DNA of 64,000 nt from Eledone cirrhosa (GCA_964016885.1 OZ024740.1:226424001-226488000); one strand, 5' to 3'. Counted from the first letter of the stretch, positions 13,345-27,560 are shown. Notes: generated by a model not told the origin, from the letters alone. Numbers and translations: made by a program.

Positions 13345-14612
13345 GGAGAGTTTAGAACTGCATACATCTATGACATAGTTAGAGACACACGGATTTAGCA
13401 CTGAACACATCTATGACATAGTTAAGACACAGATTTAGTACTGTACACATCTATCATATAGTTAAGACACACAGATTTAGTACAGCACACATCTATCATA
13501 TAGTTAAGACACACAAAGTTATCACTGCACACATCTATCATATAGTTAAGACACACAAAGTTATCACTGCACACATCTATCATATAGTTAAGACACCCAA
13601 AGTTATCACAGCACACATCTATCATATACTTACGACACACGGATTTAGCACTGAACACATTTATCACATAGTTAAGACACACAGATTTAGAACTGCACAC
13701 ATCTATCATATAGTTAAGACACACAGATTTAGAACTGTACACATCTATCATATAGTTAAGACACACAGATTTAGAACTGCACACATCTATCATATAGTTA
13801 AGACACACAGATTTAGTACTGCACACATTTATGACATAGTTAAGACACACAGATTTAGCACTGAACACATCTATGACATAGTTAAGACACACAGATTTAG
13901 TACAGCACACATCTATCATAGAGTTAAGACACACAGATTTATCACAACACACAGCTATCATATAGTTAAGACACACAAAGTTATCACTGCACACATCTAT
14001 CATATAGTTAAGACACACAAAAATATCACAGCACACATCTATCATATACTTAAGACACACGGATTTAGCACTGAACACATCTATCACATAGTTAAGACAC
14101 ACAGATTTAGCACTGCCCTATATATATACACAAAAGGTGAAGTTTAGTATTTAATCAGTTCATTGTATATTTACAAATATATATGTAAATATTATCACTC
14201 CCTTGAGCCTCTTAATGAGAAAAGTATTATAAAGTTTGGTGGTAAACATTTGTTCAAGTGTTAAGGCAACAAGCAATGACATCAACTCAGCAACAGAAAC
14301 AACACCATACTTAACAAGAAGCTTAGACTTGCATTGAAAAAACTGAAAAATAATGAATACATGGGACACGATGCGCAGTGTCTCATTCTCTGCCTCCAAC
14401 ATTGTCCCTTTGGCCACACACCTATCATATAGTGAAGACACACAGATTTAGAACTGCACACATCTATCATATAGTTAAGACACACGGATTTAGTACTGCA
14501 CACATCTATGACATAGTTAAGACACACAGATTTAGCACTGAACACATCTATCATATAGTTAAGATACACAGATTTATCACAGCACACATCTATCATATAG
14601 TTAAGACACACA
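13345..14612. repeat. 42-bp minisatellite (about 23 units) interrupted at 14111-14417
   Basis: Unit cacatctatcatatagttaagacacacagatttagaactgca; gives the 14-aa periodic ORF. Confidence 0.95.
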
Positions 14613-15119
14613 AATGAATAATCTCTCCAATCAACACACTCACACACAGAATAAGTAAACAACTAGGTACTTAGGCACATCATGAAAAATGCTCCTTTAA
14701 CCACTGCTAAGCATGTGGTAAATATATTATTAGTATTGGCAGTATCGGTAGAGGGTTGGACGCTATGCTTTGACGCATACAGTTACGGCCCTTGCCATTC
14801 TGAATTTGAATCCCGCCGAGGTTAACTTTGCCTTTCATCCTTACGGGGTCGATAAAATAAAGTACCAGTATTTTACTGGGTAATTGCTGGCCTTGTGCCA
14901 AAAAGTAGAAACAATTATAAGTATGTCAATTCTGATTTTGAAGATGGGGCTTTGAAGACTATGAACAGTTAATACACATATGGATTTAGGAAAGATATTG
15001 TTCCAAGCTAAAAATAAAGAACTCATAGGAAAATATGAAAAATCATTTTTAAAAATGGTCAAAGAGTTGTATTTTCAATATAACATTTTTGGGTGAAAAA
15101 CTACTCCTTACATACACGT

Positions 15120-15212
<93 letters not shown>

Positions 15213-15577
15213 AACACACATATACAAACACACACACACGCACATATATATATATATATGTATTATACTGTGATAGAATTTCAGTTATGGCTAGCAATAA
15301 GTGAAAGATTTTAGAATGACTTTTCAATTTAATGGGATATCCTTATAAGGAAATTTATCTTCAAGATAGGGAAAAGTTTTTTATTCTTAACATCATCATC
15401 ATCATCATTCTGTTAAAAAATATAAACTGAAATGTTTTTTTTTTTCACACATGATACCCAAGTGTATTTGCAGATATAAAATGTAGAGAATATTATTTCA
15501 AACCTTGATATCTCCTATCCTATAATTTTTATCATAGCTCTTTTATTACTGTTGCTTTGCCACATCGTTTTACTTAC

Positions 15578-15616
15578 TGCTTGCTTTATATTTACCAGGA
15601 AATTCAGCACATCACA
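15578..15616 (-). CDS. Candidate 39-nt micro-exon (CDVLNFLVNIKQA, open only in phase 0)
   Basis: Branch point and acceptor gctaatttggttttatag|, donor GCA|gtaagt, in unique AT-rich DNA. Confidence 0.4.
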
Positions 15617-16259
15617 CTATAAAACCAAATTAGCAGTTTTACATTTTACAACTAAGAAATAATTCAAAAAAGCAATGATCCAATTTTTTTTCTTGTTTTT
15701 ATAAACATTTTCTTCTGTTTTTCAATGATTTTATTTTTTTCTACTATGTTCATTTTCATGTTATTTCTTTAATACAAGCAATATTTTGTTTCCCTTTCGT
15801 AGTTCAGTTGAGAGATAAGCTGAAATATTTCAAATTTGAAGAATGTATTCAAAGATTTGGTGATTTCTTAGCTTACTTTATTAGCTGTGGTTCTACACCC
15901 AAGGGCAATATAACAGGATTTATCTAAAAACGAACATTAAAAGTTACATGAAGTATAATTTCTTTAACAAATCTTTTAAAACAAATAATAATGATTGGGA
16001 TTCTAACTTATGTTGTCATCATAATATTATGTTGGGATAATATTTGATTTAATTTTATCAATACCTGAATATTTTAGAATGACTTTCCAAGTCAATGGAT
16101 TTTTTATTCTTTACTATTTAGTCGAAATGAGAAGGGAAATATCTGTGACCCTTTTCAGGACCTATGAGACACATGATAAAGGAGAAGGAAGTTATCCTCA
16201 AATCAGAGCCCTATTCCAAATGCTTACAACAGAATGGAATCCACTAAAAGCTAGGTCTC

Positions 16260-16620
16260 TTCTTGTGTCTCTTCTCGCACTTGCTCGATGATACTGGGTC
16301 ATCTTATGTCAGTGATCCTAAAAGCATCATCATGCATAGAGCTGACCAGATCCACCAGTTCCCTCCATCGCTGGTGGTCCCATGCAAGCCCCTCTGCTTC
16401 CTCCAACATCGGTGACATCAAGCTTCTGGAGATCTTCCTTGATAACATCCAGTCTTCTGGTGCAGGGCTTGCCACAGGATCTCTCCCAGCCTGTAGCTGC
16501 TGCATCGAACAAGAGAAACGCCCTTGTAGGAGAATCTGGTGGCAGGCAGATGACATGTTCATACCAGCACATGCAGTGGTTGGCTATGAAGCAGCAGGTG
16601 ATGGTGTTAAAACAGGCCAC
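16260..16620 (-). mobile_element. Old RTE LINE 3' fragment; same family at about 48490-48960
   Basis: WYEHVICLPPDSPTRAFLLF...GKPCTRRLDVIKEDLQ. Confidence 0.75.
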
Positions 16621-17016
16621 GGATTAAATCTTCCCCCAAATATGACAGGTAGCGATTTGAACTCAGAATGTAAAGTGCGGGAGCGAGTACCACAAATCTT
16701 CCTGTCCAATGCTTTCACAATTTCACCAATTCAACCCCCTGGATTGGTATTTTATCTTATCAACCTTGAAAGGATGAAAGGCTAAATTTGACCTTAAAAG
16801 GAACTCAGAGGACAAAGAACCAAAATGAATACCACAAGAAATGTTGTCTTGTGCTATAAGGACTTTGCCAACAAATCACAGTTTAAAGGTTTTATTGACA
16901 TCTGTTAAAAAATATGAAAATATGTTTCCTCCTTGAAACACTAAGACATTTGTAGATATCAATAAAGTTTAATGAATTTTTGAAATAATAGGTAAACATT
17001 ATTAATCTTAATTAAA

Positions 17017-17693
17017 GGCCGGTGGATTGGCAGTATCGGTATCTTAATTAAAGGGCGGTGAATTGGCAGTATCGGTAGAGGGTCGGATACCATGCTTTGC
17101 AGCAAAGAGTTACGGCCCTTTGTGGTCTGAGTTCAAATCCCGCCGAGGTTGACTTTGCCTTTCATCCTTACGGGGTCGATAAAATAAAGTACCAGTAATG
17201 CACTGGGATAATTGCTGGCCTTGTGCCAAATATAGAAACAATTATTAATCTTAACTGATAGTCAGTGTAGATCATCATTATTATTTTAGGATTGGCAGTA
17301 TTGGTAGAGTGTCGGATGACATGCTTTGGCGCATAGAGTTACGGCCCTTGCCATTCTGAGTTAAAATCCCGCCGAGGTTAACTTTACCTTTCATCCTTAC
17401 GGGGTCGATAAAATAAAGTACCAGTAATACACTGGGTAATTGCTGGCCTTGTGCCTAACGTAGAAACAATTATTTTACATCTGGCGGTGGATTGGCAGTA
17501 AAGGGCGGTGGATTGGCAGTATCGGTAGAGGGTCGGACGCCATGCTTTCCAGCATAGTTACGTCCCTTTACGATCTGAGTTCAAATCCCGCCGAGGTTGA
17601 CTTTGCCTTTCATCCTTACGGGGTCGATAAAATAAAGTACCAGTAATGCACTGGGTAATTGCTGGCCTTGTGCCTAAAGTAGAAACAATTATT
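17017..17693 (+). mobile_element. Cluster of three Meta-type SINEs, two with duplicated 5' heads
   Basis: Copies at about 17052-17245, 17290-17473 and 17502-17693; extra partial heads at 17017-17040 and 17482-17500. Confidence 0.9.
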
Positions 17694-18578
17694 ACTTAAA
17701 TATTTGTTCTATGTTTGAAATGTTTATGAAATACTCTCCACCAAGCCGTGCTTTGCTTTTCATTGTTTCCTATCTATTTCATTTTAGAATTTTAAGATAA
17801 ATTTTTATCACACTTTTTAATGATTTTCATAAATTTGACATGTTTCTAATTACTAACAACAGTCTAAGACAATAGAGCTGAATGGTACCACCACTTTTTA
17901 TCGAACAATTTTTCATTTTTCAATGTTTAATCGGATGGGTGTTCATCAAACATTTTATCAAAATGACTTTTTACTGAGAAATTTTTTTATCAGTATGACT
18001 TTTCACTGAATAACTTTATAAAAACACAATTTTGTAAAATATTTTTTAAACTATAGAACAATTTTAAATATAGAATAATTTCAAATATATAAAATAAGAA
18101 TAGAATTTCCATCCAAAACCTTTAATTAAAAGACAACAATAACACATTTTTAAGAGTTGATGAACAACATTTTCCTATTGGTAATTATGTGTAGCACATG
18201 AATTGTATTCTGATGGTTTCTGGTTGTGATGATGGTGTGGATGATGATATCAAGAGTTAGAGGATGTGGTTGATAGTGGTAGTGGTTTTCATGACAGTAG
18301 TAGAGGGAGCACAGATAAAGTTGATGATGCAATGGTGGTGGTATCATAAAAGTAGAGTAAGAAGAAAATAAGTCCAACAATGAAGCAAATTATTCTTGAA
18401 TAAGCTCTATCTTATAAATATTTCTGCTGCTTCGGAACATACTTCAAATTTCATTCTTAGTTTCAAACAAAATTCTTCACTCAGTTAATATCAACTAGAA
18501 ACTCTTCTGAAAGGTTTCTCATTGTTACTAACATAGAGTTTGAAACAATATATACATACACATATATATATATGTATG

Positions 18579-18609
<31 letters not shown>

Positions 18610-19376
18610 GCGTGTCACGTATATACATATATACATATGTATATACATATATGTATATATACATATATATATATAAATATAAATGTATATATATATGTGT
18701 ATATATATATATATATGAATGTATATATATATATGTATAATATAATATATAGAAATAAACACACAAAGAAGTGTGTTTTGAATTACATAGGTTGAAAAAC
18801 CACTTTGGTACAATGCATATAATCTATGAACAAATGGAAAATACATAATAACCGGAAAAAGTGAATTAAAATGTATTAACCATTTGAATAACTATTAAAC
18901 TCTTGGACAAACTACAGATAGAGTTTGTTTTGCCATAAATTAGTGGCTGTGTCAGATCACCCTAGGGCTTCTCAACAGGAGTAAGGGTTATATGAACAGC
19001 ACACCTAGAGATAATTTAGGTAACTATATATCGCAGATGGTGTATATAGTAAGAGCACAAGTAACACCTCGTGCGACAGACAGCACATAGTGGCATGAGT
19101 AGATCGTAAAACGGCTAGAAAGGGCAGCCTAAAGCCACTCAACTTCAAAAGCTCAACAAAGAATGAGAGAAAACATTAGGAGCCAAATTGAAATAAAAGA
19201 CGGAGTTAAAATATCATGTTAATACCCTGTAATTAATGAACTCAAAGTATAAACTGGGCTCTTTTTAATATAATATATAGAAATAAACACACAAAGAAGT
19301 GTTTTGAATTACATGTGTTGAAAAAAAACTTTGGTGCAATGCATATATGTTAAACATATATGTTTATAAATATATA

Positions 19377-19451
<75 letters not shown>

Positions 19452-20365
19452 GTATATATGCATATATATATATGTATATATATGTATATATGCATGTGTC
19501 TGTGTGTGTATGTGTGTGTATGCTAGCTTGAAAGATGGATGTTAAATGATGATGATGATGATTATATATATATATATACACACATACAAACCTCAATGTT
19601 GATCTTCCTTAACCTGATCACCATTTTATATCAGGAGGGAATTTCTAAGATATATTTACAATTCATCCTCAGTGGAACACAGAGAAATAAAATAAAATTA
19701 AAGAAGGAAAAACCAAAAGCTAACAATAGATAACAAAAGAATAACAATAAAATCTTTGATTTTCAAATCACTCTACAGTGATACACCAGCTTCTGTCATA
19801 AATTTTATTGTCAAAACTAAATCATGCTTCAAATATATAAAAGTGGATTAAATCATAGATTTACATGTAGCAATACACAAAGAATTTTGAATACAAATAC
19901 TTAAAGGCATTAACATGTTGAAAATAAAAATCTAAATACAACATTTGATTGATTTCTTCTATTTTAATCACTAATCCATAATGCTTGAAAGAAAACAATC
20001 AAACATGTCAGTGGTAAAATCAAAATGGTTTTACATATTATTTTGTTGTTAAAAATTCATTTTTTAGAAATATCTCATCTTCTATGATAAGATACTGAAA
20101 TTAAAATCAACAATGTGGTTCATAATTCTTACATTGTATTTATGAACTAATATAAATACATACAATTCAACAATGTCTCTTGGTATTATATTTAATTTAA
20201 TGAAGACATATTATTCACCGATGTTTGTGTCTTATTTGCATTTCCAGAAAAATATCAAAGCAAGGATAAAATCTTCAAAGAGAGATTATAATTAACAACA
20301 GCATAAACATGCATGCAAGGTCCCTTAACTCCTGGGTGAGCCGTAGGGGTCCTGTATTGACATAC

Positions 20366-20416
20366 AGCGTTTCTAAGGTATTTTTAAACTTTGCATTGCT
20401 CATCTCCTCTCCATGT
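20366..20416 (-). CDS. Candidate 51-nt exon (HGEEMSNAKFKNTLET; frame stays open beyond the donor)
   Basis: Acceptor ctgctgtattcag|, donor |gtatgt; a locally GC-richer island in unique DNA. Confidence 0.3.
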
Positions 20417-20656
20417 CTGAATACAGCAGATATTTTCTAGAGAAGGATTAAAGAGTGAGAAAATGGAAGTGAGAAAGAGATATAAAGGAAGAATTGACTC
20501 CAGTACTTGAATGGTCCTTTTTTTTATCAACTGTGAATGGATGAAAGGCAAAGTTGACCTTGGTGAGATTTGAACTCAGGGAGCAAAGAGCTGGAATGCA
20601 TATGACAAAGCATTCTCTCTAATGTTTAAACAACTCTGCCAATTTACTGCCATAAC

Positions 20657-20815
20657 AGCAATGTTTCCAAACCCCATTTATTAAAAAAAAAATTTCCATG
20701 AGGACCCCATTTATTAAAAAGAAAATTTCCATGATCCCTGGCATTTGAAAGTCCTGTTTATTCAGCAAATTCATGAAACCCTAGATGTTTGCAGACCACA
20801 GGTTGGGAACAGCTG
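20657..20815. mobile_element. Possible hAT-type MITE
   Basis: Imperfect ends cagcaatgtttccaaacc / ggttgggaacagctg; internal duplication of about 32 bp. Confidence 0.4.
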
Positions 20816-22263
20816 TGATAATGCACAATTTCTTTATGGAATGATATAAAATATTTATCTTCAATTCACACTTGAATCTTGAAATGCAGGTATATTGTTA
20901 TCCCCCTTGTGTGTGGTATTAAAATGGATTTTATAATAGAATACACATGAATATATTATCTGTATATATATTTTATCTAGAAGAAATATAAGAAATGTAG
21001 AGTAAAGAGTCATTTAGTCATATCAAGGACATGGGAACCTCTCTAGAGCTTGAGCCATAAGAAAATGCACTTAGTACACTATGTATAGTGGTTGGTGTTA
21101 GAAATAAAATCTGACCATAGCAACCATGCTTAAATTTGAGAGCAAGACATGTCCCTTAACCCATCTAGAAGAACACTAACTCCACATACATACTGACAAA
21201 AACTGTAATGAGCCATTTAACCCAGTGAGCAAAATCAGAGTAAAATGATGATGATGAAAAACCAAAACTCTCAACAGCAAAATAGTATTAATGAAAAAAT
21301 CATTATATTCAAAAAATGATTAACATAGAAAAATATGTTTTCAAACTCTTATAGACTCTTATAAACACATTTGAATAAGTTTGGTTAGAGTATTATGTTT
21401 ATTTATTCATGCTTCTTACTTCAGATTTAGTTAGAAAACATGTCATTTTCACTTTAAAAAAAAAGAGAGTAAAATATATGTACATGCAATATATTGAAAT
21501 AAAAGGATAGTGCAATAGAGGTGTCTACTGCAAATTTTTCAATGATGGCCATATGGTCATACACACACAGAGACACAAAGACACACACACACACCCACAC
21601 ATATGCATATGTATATGTAGTTTTTTCCCTCCAAAATGACTGGTTGAATACGCATGTTTGTTTTTCCTCAATATTTTTCAGTTTTTCCTCTTGTCATTTT
21701 CTATCTTTGTATTTCATCTTTTATTTCTTATTCTACATTCTGATGAAGAACTAGTGTCCAGAACATAAAGACACTTTTCCTACTATATCAAGCATTAAAC
21801 TAATATATTTCTTCATTGTACTGTATTATTTGGTTTGTTATTTCTTTTTACCTTTTGCATATATATATATATATATATAATATATGTATATATATATATA
21901 ACAATTATAAATGTGAAGAGAAAATAGACAAAATAAACCTAGTTTTTCTTTGATGACCCGACTCTACACTTTTTCCAACCGGTATGCAGCTAGAGTGCAA
22001 CTAAAGTATACTAGGGCCGTGAGGCTATCAGCTTTTCAAGAGACCCCTCAAATGAAAGGAATAATTCTTGAACTGACAGCTACAAGTGAAAAATTCTTGG
22101 GAGGGATAATTATCACGGAGCATAACAGTCGCAGAAGGGAGTTAAATGCTGGATGTTTGGCAAGTAATATATTTGCTAGAAGCAGCCAGTACCCCCTATT
22201 TCACTCAACTGTAAGGGAGTTGGGACAAAACAATAAGATACACATATATATATAGATACATAA

Positions 22264-22304
<41 letters not shown>

Positions 22305-22479
22305 AATAAGACTGTTATTGCACCAATCAGTCAAGAAACCCTCAGCAAACACCCTATATAGAATGCATACTCATGACTCCTGCCAGACAAAACTGAACTC
22401 ACCCTCCAAATTCGCTAAATCAAAGATGGGCCACCCATCCTCCTAAACTCGGCTTATGTAACCAGACCGCAACAGCCAC

Positions 22480-22564
<85 letters not shown>

Positions 22565-22633
22565 TGTATGTTATCCAGTGAATTTCTGTTGGTGTTACCA
22601 ATATGAGCTCCCAATACACAGGCATAGCATATA

Positions 22634-22680
<47 letters not shown>

Positions 22681-22681
<1 letters not shown>

Positions 22682-23080
22682 CAATGATATTAAATAAATG
22701 GAAACTATATTTATAAAACAATATTTATTTTATTATATATATTTCAAGGGTACCCAGAGAACATTGGTACGCTTTCATCAGATAAAATAGATAAAATACA
22801 AGGTTTGTTTTATAGAACCGATAAGGTATCATTTTCATGAGTATGTCTCTATTCATAAAACAAACTTTGTATTTTATCTATTTTATCTGATGAAAGCGTA
22901 CTAATGTTCTCTTGGTACCCTTGAAATATATATAATAAAATCAATATGGTTTTATAAATATAGTTTCCATTTATTTAATATCATTGAATATTTACTCCAG
23001 TATACTGTTGAGTGCTCTAAATCAGTTATAAACATTTATATTTGTTGGACTTCCAACAAATTAAATACCCCTTCTACTTA
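22681..23080. mobile_element. Fold-back cassette (arms 22681-22813 / 22853-22986) with a hammerhead in each arm
   Basis: Near-perfect inverted arms between (TA)n tracts; same family at 30335-30455. Confidence 0.8.
22880..22941 (+). ncRNA. Minimal type I hammerhead ribozyme (mirror copy 22727-22788, -)
   Basis: attttat-CTGATGA-aagcgtac...gtaccctt-GAAA-tatata-TA-ataaaat: 7-bp stem I, stem II, palindromic stem III. Confidence 0.8.
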
Positions 23081-23094
23081 TATATATATATATA

Positions 23095-23815
23095 AAATTA
23101 GAATTGGTGCTCTGAAATAGCGATATATATATGAATGTATATATAGTGTATTTTGCAATACACTGTATGTTTAATTAAAAGCATTTCGAAGACCTTACGC
23201 TATTGTTTTAGAGTAGTGACAGTCTCACTTACTTTAAATTTTCAGCAAACAATGGGAGATAAAGCTGACAGAGTTCTGTTTCGTACTTTTTGGTACTTAT
23301 CAAAACTAAGTACTCCACCTGTTTGCTGAAAATCATGAATGTTTGATTCTTATAGAATTCTAGTAATAATCAGGAACTTATTATACAGAGTGGTTGCCGG
23401 TCAAGCAGAAATTGAAAATTAGAATTGGTGCTCTGAAATAGCGATATATATATGAATGTATATATAGTGTATTTTGCAATACACTGTATGCTTAATTAAA
23501 AGCATTTCGAAGACCTTACGCTATTGTTTTCAATTTCTGCTTGACCGGCAACCGCTCTGTATAATCAGTTCCTGATTATTACTAGAATTCTATAAGAATC
23601 AAACATTCATGATTTTCAGCAAACAGGTGGAGTACTTAGCTTTGATAAGTACCAAAAAGTACGAAACAGAGCTCTGTCAGCTTTATCTCCTCTGTTTGCT
23701 GAAAATTTAAAGTAAGTGAGACTGTCACTACTCTAAAACAATAGCGTAAGGTCGTCGAAATGCTTTTAATTAAACATACAGTGTATTGCAAAATACACTA
23801 TATATACATTTATAT
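23095..23815. mobile_element. Tandem plus inverted cassette of a 321-bp unit with variant hammerheads (23636-23684 +, 23261-23308 -)
   Basis: Direct repeat 23095-23209 = 23416-23530; inverted repeat about 23132-23415 / 23529-23812; agct-TTGATAA-gtac-caaaaa-gtac-GAAA-cagagctctg-TC-agct. Confidence 0.75.
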
Positions 23816-23831
23816 ATATATATATATATAT

Positions 23832-24055
23832 AACAAAGAGGGTGTGGTAAGATACCAGGTGGACCATTACGCACCAGACAGAGTACTCGATACTTGGGGT
23901 AGTAGAGTGGGTAATATGAACAGATTCAGGACCCCGACAGCTGAGTTCCGGCCATTCCGACAGCTGAGCTCCGGCCGTTTCGACAGCTAGATCTGAATCT
24001 AGTTTGGATCTAGCTGTCAAAATAGCCAGAGCTTAGCCGTGGGCGTCCTGAATCT

Positions 24056-24062
<7 letters not shown>
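23832..24062 (-). mobile_element. Hairpin-plus-tail cassette; family members at 4975-5080, 28442-28650, 31112-31204, 58137-58330
   Basis: Long GC-rich hairpin plus a conserved tail acccactctactacc...gagtact...ggtccacctgg, always next to (TA)n. Confidence 0.8.
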
Positions 24063-24154
<92 letters not shown>

Positions 24155-24966
24155 TATATATTTACATACATACACATACACACACATACTTATATATAGA
24201 GAGAGAATTGCAAAGATATAGTATCAGTTATTTTTCTATAGAATGCTGCTGACAAATACCGAAACAATAATCAAGTGAAATATTAACAAAAGTCTCTTTA
24301 ATACTGCAAAATTGTCTTAGTTTTCTTCTGTGTTTCAATCTTTTAGCAAAACTTCAAAGGGGGCGTAAAACATCCAAGGAGATTTTTGTTGTTTTTCTTG
24401 TGCCTTCATGTGTGTGTGATTGCTTGCTTGCATGTGGGTATGTGAGTATGTGTATATATGTATATGTATGAGGGCATGTGATTGTGTTTGTATGTGTTTG
24501 TGAGTCTATGGGAGTATGTGTATGAATGTATGTGGACATGTCTTTGTGTCTGTAAGTGTGTTTGTCTGTCTATGTGAATATGTGTATGTATGTGGCATGT
24601 GTATGTGTATATATGTGTGTGTGTTTATGTGTACCTATGTGTGTGCGTGCATTGTCAATGCCTTAAGATCATTTCTTATCACACTTTTTGTTATGTACCT
24701 TGACTTTTGGTATTAATTATTAAATCTAAAGTCATGTCTTGCCTAAAACATTACTCCCAGAAGGCAAAACTTCTAAAGATATAATTGATTTATCTTGTGA
24801 GAAAGTCATGTTTTGTTAAAATACATTTTGTCATAAACTTTCAAATAATGCTCTCACGTTTTCTGTAAAAAGAAATTTCCTTTTCACCTAATTTTATTAT
24901 CATTATTATTATTATTATTACCATTATTATCATTACTATTATTATTATTATTATTTTTATTTATGA

Positions 24967-25009
<43 letters not shown>

Positions 25010-25164
25010 CATTGTTATTGATAAGAATGTAAATATTAAGCAAATTATCATACAGTTAACTATTATCACAATCCATATATGCATCGAGAGACTGTTGATG
25101 GGTTGTTAAAACAATAGACATCTGAGTTCAAGTCCTATGATTCATATGAAATAACTATAATTAA

Positions 25165-25990
25165 TAACTCAGTACACTCTGTGAAGTGTTACTGATGGTG
25201 CTATGATAAAATACACACAGTACACTCTGTAAAATGGGAATGCTGGTACCATGATAAAATTCACATAGTCCACTTTGTAAACTGGTAGTGAGGGTGCCAC
25301 AATAAAATACACACAGTACACTCTTTAAAGTGTTATTGCTGGTGCTACGATAAAATACACACAGTACACTCTTTAAAGTGTTATTGCTGGTGCTACGATA
25401 AAATACACACAGTACACTCTTTAAAGTGTTATTGCTGGTGCTACGATAAAATGCACAGAGTACACTCAGTAAAGTGTTTGTTCTGGTGCCATGATAAAAT
25501 GTATAGAGTACACTCAGTAAAGTGTTTGTTCTGGTGCCATGATAAAATGTACAGAGTACACTCAGTAAAGTGTTTGTTCTGGTGCCATGATAAAATGTAT
25601 AGAGTACACTCAGTAAAGTGTTTGTTCTGGTGCCATGATAAAATGTACAGAGTACACTCAGTAAAGTGTTTGTTCTGGTGCCATGATAAAATGTATAGAG
25701 TACACCCAGTAAAGTGTTTGTTCTGGTGCCATGATAAAATGTACAGAGTACACTCAGTAAAGTGTTTGTTCTGGTGCCATGATAAAATGTAGAGTACACT
25801 CAGTAAAGTGTTTGTTCTGGTGCCATGATAAAGTGCACACAGTATACTCTACAAAATGGTAGTGCTGGTTCTAGAATAAAATGCACACAGTCCACTTTGC
25901 CAAGTGGTAGTGCTGGTCTCACGATAAAACACCCACTACATGCTGTAAAGTGGTTGGTGATAGAAAGGGTATCCAGCTGTAGAATGCATG
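25165..25990 (+). repeat. 48-bp minisatellite (about 16 units) grading into an RTE/SINE 3'UTR
   Basis: Unit ggtgccatgataaaatgtacagagtacactcagtaaagtgtttgttct; ends in ctgtaaagtggttggtgatagaaagggtatccagctgtagaa. Confidence 0.9.
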
Positions 25991-27094
25991 CCAAAATATG
26001 AAATGTATAGGCATTATGGGTTCTCCAGCCCATCCTACCAATTACCGCATTTAAAACGAATGTAAAATAATGATTATAATGACTGATGGGATGTACCACC
26101 ACTACTACTAAATAACTAAGTAGTTAGTCAAGATATTCAGTAAATTGGTAGAGGAATTGGTAGAGGCCATGAATTGTCATAGATCATGTATCTGCTTGTC
26201 TTCTTGGTTCATCCCTCCATCGAAGGTGAAGCATATTGCTTTTTCTAATGGTTAGAATATATTCAGCTCACCACACCTGCATACTCAGAGATTTCTTCAT
26301 TAAGTAGAGTACCAACCCATTGTCAAATTAATAATTGATTATCTGCAAAGCCACTGGTGTTCATGACGTCAAGGACATCTAATTAAACTGATTGATGTCA
26401 CATGAACTACTGCTTACTATGAGATGACCAGGCCATGTATAGTTAGAGTTGTTATTTATTTTGGTTCTCTGTATTCTGAGTTCAAATCCCACCAAGATCA
26501 ACTTTGCCTTTTATCCTTTTCGGGGTCAATAAATAAATCAGCCATTCAGGGGTAATGGACTGATGGAATATTTAGAGCATTGGATGAGATGCCTTATGGT
26601 ATTTCTTACAACTCTTTGCATTCTGAACTCAAATCCTTTACTTTATGCCTTTAGAAGAATCAACTTTATTGTAAGCATTTAAACCAGGTCTCTTCTCTCT
26701 CCCTCCCACTATTTTCAGAATTACTAAAAATGACATTGCCCATCCCTCCCAGATTAAACAATTAAAGCAAGTAAACAATGACCACTTCATATCCTATGGT
26801 TCATATGAAATAACTAGTTATATCAACTTGATGTATGGCTACTACTAAATAACTGAATTGCTGGGATATATATATATGTTTAAAGCTACAAGCAACCTTA
26901 TAAAGTTGTAGATTGACAGAACTGATAGAGGGTCGGACGCCATGCTTTGCAGCATAGAGTTACGGCCCATTACAGTTTGAGTTCAAATCCCGCCGAGGTT
27001 AACTTTGCCTTTCATCCTTACGGGGTCGATAAAATAAAGTACCAGTAATGTACTGGGATAATTGCTGGCCTTGTGCCAAATGTAGAAACAATTA

Positions 27095-27410
27095 TTAAAT
27101 CCAGTTTTTCACTCAGCTCAACCATGCTTTGCGGATCATGTATATTATCATCACACTCACATGCAGCCTTTACATACCCTATGTAGTATTCACTCCCCAT
27201 ACCACACTACCACTAACCTTTGCATGCAGGCATCATACATTCAGATTTTCTTTCTTAGAGAGAAAAACTTTTATTGTTAACAAAGTGAGTATGGCCCTGA
27301 ATGTTTCCCATCCTGATCTTATTCTAGCAATTATACTCACAGAGCAGTCTCCTCCATTGCTATGTATGTCTATGTGTGTGTGTGAAACCTTCTTTGTGGT
27401 GTTCTGACAG
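27095..27410 (-). mobile_element. Degenerate RTE fragment
   Basis: GGDCSVSIIARIRSGWETFRAIL. Confidence 0.65.
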
Positions 27411-27504
27411 TACAAAGAGAATTTCAGCTTCTAATAATATAGATTTATTTAAAATTTACTTAATGTAAAGTGCTTTTCACACACACACACACACATATAC
27501 ATAC

Positions 27505-27560
<56 letters not shown>

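Noticed and set aside
13345-14612. CRISPR-like periodicity and a Cys-rich 226-aa ORF
   Set aside because: Contiguous 42-bp units with no unique spacers, no cas genes, eukaryotic context.
20248-20335. Plus-strand exon-like segment (tttccag| ... |gtgagc)
   Set aside because: Stops in all three frames; a non-coding exon cannot be supported from sequence alone.
25161-25799. 212-aa repeat protein
   Set aside because: Translation of the 48-bp minisatellite.
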